Source of the DNA: an uncultured Eubacteriales bacterium
GTDB lineage: Bacteria > Acidobacteriota > Aminicenantia > Aminicenantales > Saccharicenantaceae
DNA length: 64,000 nucleotides
Assembly: GCA_964652895.1 (NCBI GenBank)
Contig: CAZZCH010000003.1
Span: 6,526-70,525 of the forward strand
Direction: 5' to 3'
The position numbers and the translations under genes were made by a program. Below, one piece after another: positions 61,238 to 64,000 of the stretch. Within the stretch, counting starts at the first letter, position 1, and each line of letters opens with the position of its first letter. Under the pieces are notes generated by a model, which saw only the letters and a program-made list of their open reading frames with translations, ran no database searches and was not told where the DNA came from.

Positions 61238-62923
61238 ATGACCACGCTTTACATCTATCCTAAAGAGGGCGATCCGTGGAAGCTCGAAGTCGACAGGGGA
61301 GCCGTTTCCCTCGGGCGCGCCCAGGGCAACGACGTTGCCGTAGCCGACCCCAACTGCTCTTCGCGCCACGCGACCGTCGAGCGCGCGGACGGCGGTTTCA
61401 TCATCCGCGATGCCGGCAGCAAGAACGGCACGTTCGTCAACGGCCGCCGGATCGATGGCCCGGTGGCCCTCTCTCCGGGTGATGAGATCTCCATCGGCCT
61501 CACGACCATGACCTTCGATCGGCCGAGGATGCCACGCGTCTCGATGGTCGACTCCCCCGCGTCGGCGACGGACGCCAGCGCCGTGGTCCCCTTCCGGACG
61601 ATCCTCGAGAAGACCTCGGCCACGGACGTCCGGACGTCCCCGCTCGCCACGCCGGCCGACCTCAAGGAGGAGAACCGGATCCTCCAGGTCATGTTCCAGG
61701 TCAGCGAGGCCCTGGTCGCCCACAAGCCTCTCCAGGAGCTTCTCGAGGACATCATGGACCTCATCGCCGAGAACATCCCCATGGACCAATGCGTGATCAT
61801 GCTGCGCGGCGACGGCTCCTCAGCTCTCGAGACGCGCGCCGCCAGGATCCAGGGACAGTGGCGCGGAGGCGGGGAGATCCAGGTCAGCCGGACGATCGTG
61901 GCCATGGCCTACGAACAGCACCTCTCCGTCCTTCTCTCCGACCCCGCCGCCGACCCCATGGTCGGGGAGAGCATCTTCGATTTGGACATACGTTCGGCGC
62001 TCTGCGTCCCCATCGGGGACGCCGAAGAAGTCATCGGAGTTCTCTACGCCGACCGGCATGGCCGGCTCGAGCCGTTCAGAAACGCCGACCTCCGGCTCCT
62101 CACGCTTCTGGCCAACACGGCTGCCGTGAGGATCCAGCAGGCCCGCCGGGTCGCGGCGCTCATCGTGGCCGCTAAACTGCAGCAGGATCTCGAGACCGCC
62201 GCGGCCATCCAGCGCGATTTCCTGCCCCGGTCGCTCCCGTCCTCCGAGGGCTACGGGACGGCCGCCCGGGCCGTCCCCTGCCTGCAGGTGGGCGGCGATT
62301 ACTACGACCTCGTGACCCTCGACGCCAAGCGGATCGGCCTGGCCGTGGCCGATGTTTCGGGCAAGGGCGTCGGGGCCGCGCTCCTCATGGCTTCGCTCCG
62401 GGCCTGGCTACGGGCCGAGCTCCTGCACGGGACCGACCTCGACGCGCTGGCCGCGAAGCTGAACGATTTCACGCACGAAAGCTCCGACATCCACAGCTTC
62501 ATCACCTTCTTCTTCGCGGAACTCGACAAGGAAACGGGCGCTCTCCGTTTCATCAACGCGGGGCACAATCCAGCGCTCGTCTTCGGCCGGGACGGACTCG
62601 CCCGGGAACTCCCGGCGACGGGGCTCTGCCTGGGGATGTTCGCCGGCCGATCTTACGAGGTCGGCACGGGCGAGGTCGGCCCCGGCGAAGTCCTCGTCCT
62701 CTATACGGACGGGATCACGGAAAGCCGGAATACCGAGGAAAAGGAATTCGGCGTCGACGGCTTGGCCGCCGCGGTCCGCGATGAGCGCGAGAAAGATGCG
62801 CCGGCGATCCTGGACGCCGTCTTCCGCCGTCTCAGCGAGTTCACGGCCTGCGCGGAGCCGTTCGACGACCGGACGCTCGTCGTCGTCAAACGGAACGCAT
62901 TTGAATCCGCGCGCTCCGTCTGA
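61238..62923 (+). CDS. FHA - GAF - PP2C(SpoIIE-type) serine phosphatase
   Basis: The FHA domain is LGRAQGNDVAVADPNCSSRHATVE...DAGSKNGTFVNG. A GAF-like middle region is followed by the PP2C core VGGDYYD...VADVSGKGVGAALLMA...LYTDGITE. The ATG at 61238 has AAGGGGA upstream. Confidence 0.85.
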   Translation: MTTLYIYPKEGDPWKLEVDRGAVSLGRAQGNDVAVADPNCSSRHATVERADGGFIIRDAGSKNGTFVNGRRIDGPVALSPGDEISIGLTTMTFDRPRMPRVSMVDSPASATDASAVVPFRTILEKTSATDVRTSPLATPADLKEENRILQVMFQVSEALVAHKPLQELLEDIMDLIAENIPMDQCVIMLRGDGSSALETRAARIQGQWRGGGEIQVSRTIVAMAYEQHLSVLLSDPAADPMVGESIFDLDIRSALCVPIGDAEEVIGVLYADRHGRLEPFRNADLRLLTLLANTAAVRIQQARRVAALIVAAKLQQDLETAAAIQRDFLPRSLPSSEGYGTAARAVPCLQVGGDYYDLVTLDAKRIGLAVADVSGKGVGAALLMASLRAWLRAELLHGTDLDALAAKLNDFTHESSDIHSFITFFFAELDKETGALRFINAGHNPALVFGRDGLARELPATGLCLGMFAGRSYEVGTGEVGPGEVLVLYTDGITESRNTEEKEFGVDGLAAAVRDEREKDAPAILDAVFRRLSEFTACAEPFDDRTLVVVKRNAFESARSV

Positions 62924-62935
62924 TAATATCTCCTC

Positions 62936-64000
62936 ATGCAGAAAGTCCTCATCCTCGATTTCGGGTCGCAGTATACCCAGCTCATCGCCCGGAAGGTCCG
63001 CGAGCTCGGCGTCTACTCGGAGATCCTGCCGTTCTCGACCCCCCTGGCCGCGATCCGCGAAGCAAAACCGGCCGCCCTCGTCCTTTCCGGGGGTCCCCAG
63101 AGCGTCTACGACAAGGGCGCTCCGCATCCGGCCAAGGGCCTCTTCGAGCTCGGCGTCCCGGTCCTGGGCATCTGCTACGGCGTCCAGCTCATGGCCTACA
63201 TGCTCGGCGGCAAGGTCGTCCCTTCCAAGGAGCGTGAATACGGTTTCGCCTCCCTGCGGGTCGCCGTCCGTTCGGGGCTCCTGGCCGGGGTCAGGGACAA
63301 GGAGCAGGTCTGGATGAGCCACGGCGACCGGCTCGAATGCGCGCCGCCGGGCTTCGCCGTCACCGGCAGCACGGCCAACACCGCGGCCGCCGTCATCGAG
63401 GACCCGGCCCGGAAGTTCTTCGGCGTCCAGTTTCACCCCGAGGTCATCCACACCAAGGAAGGCCAGAAGGTCCTGGGGAATTTCCTCTTCCGGCTGGCCG
63501 GCCTGAGCGCCGACTGGACGATCTCCTCGTTCGTCGAGCGCAAGGTCAAGGAGATCCGGCGGACGGTCGGGACGGGCAAGGTCATCTGCGGCCTCTCGGG
63601 CGGCGTCGACTCGCTCGTCACATCGCTCATCATCCACAAGGCCATCCGGACGAACCTGACCTGCATCTTCATCGACAACGGCCTCCTGCGGAAGGGCCAG
63701 TACGAGGCCCTGATGGAGGCCTTCCGCCGCAAGTTCGCCCTGAAGGTCATCGGCATCGACGCCTCGGACCTGTTCCTCGACAAGCTCCGGCGTATCGTCG
63801 CGCCGGAGCACAAGCGCAAGACGATCGGCCGACTCTTCATCCACCTCTTTGAACGCGAATCGATGCGGATCGGCGGCGCCGCGTTCCTGGCCCAGGGCAC
63901 GATCTACCCCGACGTCATCGAGTCCAACCCGGTCAAGGGGCCGTCGTCGGTCATCAAGTCCCATCACAACGTGGGCGGCCTGCCGAAGGGCCTGAAATTC
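62936..64000 (+). CDS. guaA: GMP synthase (glutamine-hydrolysing), 5' part, runs off the window end
   Basis: My own translation gives MQKVLILDFGSQYTQLIARKVRELGVYSEILPF...GICYGVQLMA (GATase domain). It continues to the ATP-PPase P-loop CGLSGGVDS. It is not in the ORF track because it has no stop within the window. Confidence 0.95.
   Translation, partial: MQKVLILDFGSQYTQLIARKVRELGVYSEILPFSTPLAAIREAKPAALVLSGGPQSVYDKGAPHPAKGLFELGVPVLGICYGVQLMAYMLGGKVVPSKEREYGFASLRVAVRSGLLAGVRDKEQVWMSHGDRLECAPPGFAVTGSTANTAAAVIEDPARKFFGVQFHPEVIHTKEGQKVLGNFLFRLAGLSADWTISSFVERKVKEIRRTVGTGKVICGLSGGVDSLVTSLIIHKAIRTNLTCIFIDNGLLRKGQYEALMEAFRRKFALKVIGIDASDLFLDKLRRIVAPEHKRKTIGRLFIHLFERESMRIGGAAFLAQGTIYPDVIESNPVKGPSSVIKSHHNVGGLPKGLKF

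Noticed and set aside
62408-63967. 519-aa minus-strand ORF
   Set aside because: It lies antisense to the PP2C phosphatase and guaA. It is a shadow ORF.
1-64000. Search for CRISPR arrays, rRNA, transposases, integrases and toxin-antitoxin or defence islands
   Set aside because: No regularly spaced direct repeats were seen. No rRNA-like conserved blocks and no recognisable mobile or defence gene products appear in any frame. The PIN domain at 15294-16283 belongs to the conserved YacL membrane protein and is not a VapC toxin.

Overview
This is a high-GC bacterial chromosome segment that is almost fully coding and appears to span the replication origin. The origin evidence is a dnaA promoter with three DnaA boxes, dnaA, a very AT-rich dnaA-dnaN spacer, and dnaN.

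The left part holds a seven-gene minus-strand block: ECF sigma, anti-sigma, an LTXXQ protein and a split MacAB-TolC-type exporter. A sigma-54 locus follows, consisting of a -24/-12 promoter, three signal-peptide proteins of unknown function, a histidine kinase and an NtrC-type activator.

A long housekeeping run comes next:
- an M14 peptidase
- ispF, ispD, yacL, radA, dnaB
- rplI, rpsR, rpsF, pth, rplY, prs
- tRNA-Gln, ispE and a LolB-like lipoprotein

Before the origin lie a Memo/AMMECR1 pair that reads as one frameshifted fusion, a roughly 440-bp hairpin-rich non-coding gap, an FmdB zinc-ribbon gene, relA/spoT and rpmB.

Right of the origin is the most unusual content. A tightly packed 12-gene group-4 [NiFe]-hydrogenase operon (33223-43192, minus strand) has a complex-I-like subunit set. 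It has NuoA/B/C/H/I/K/L/M/N homologues plus a NuoJ/MnhB-like subunit. Its NuoD-position subunit still carries both NiFe cysteine pairs and a C-terminal extension, and a maturation protease is encoded at the end of the operon.

Further right:
- a GNAT-like gene
- an Nramp-family transporter whose metal-site motifs are of the Mg2+-type (NRMT-like), preceded by a soluble PRC/MgtE-N/CBS protein
- polA with no canonical start codon
- yceD-rpmF-plsX-fabG-acpP-fabF without fabH/fabD, then etfBA
- a Tat-signal DUF362 protein plus a membrane polyferredoxin
- an amidase, apgM, an FHA-GAF-PP2C phosphatase and the 5' part of guaA

I saw no CRISPR array, transposase, integrase or rRNA. Many long ORFs in the supplied track are antisense or upstream-extension artefacts of the high GC content and were rejected. 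Lineage cannot be assigned from the sequence alone. The gene content (group-4 hydrogenase, Etf, polyferredoxins, archaeal-type ApgM) suggests an anaerobe.
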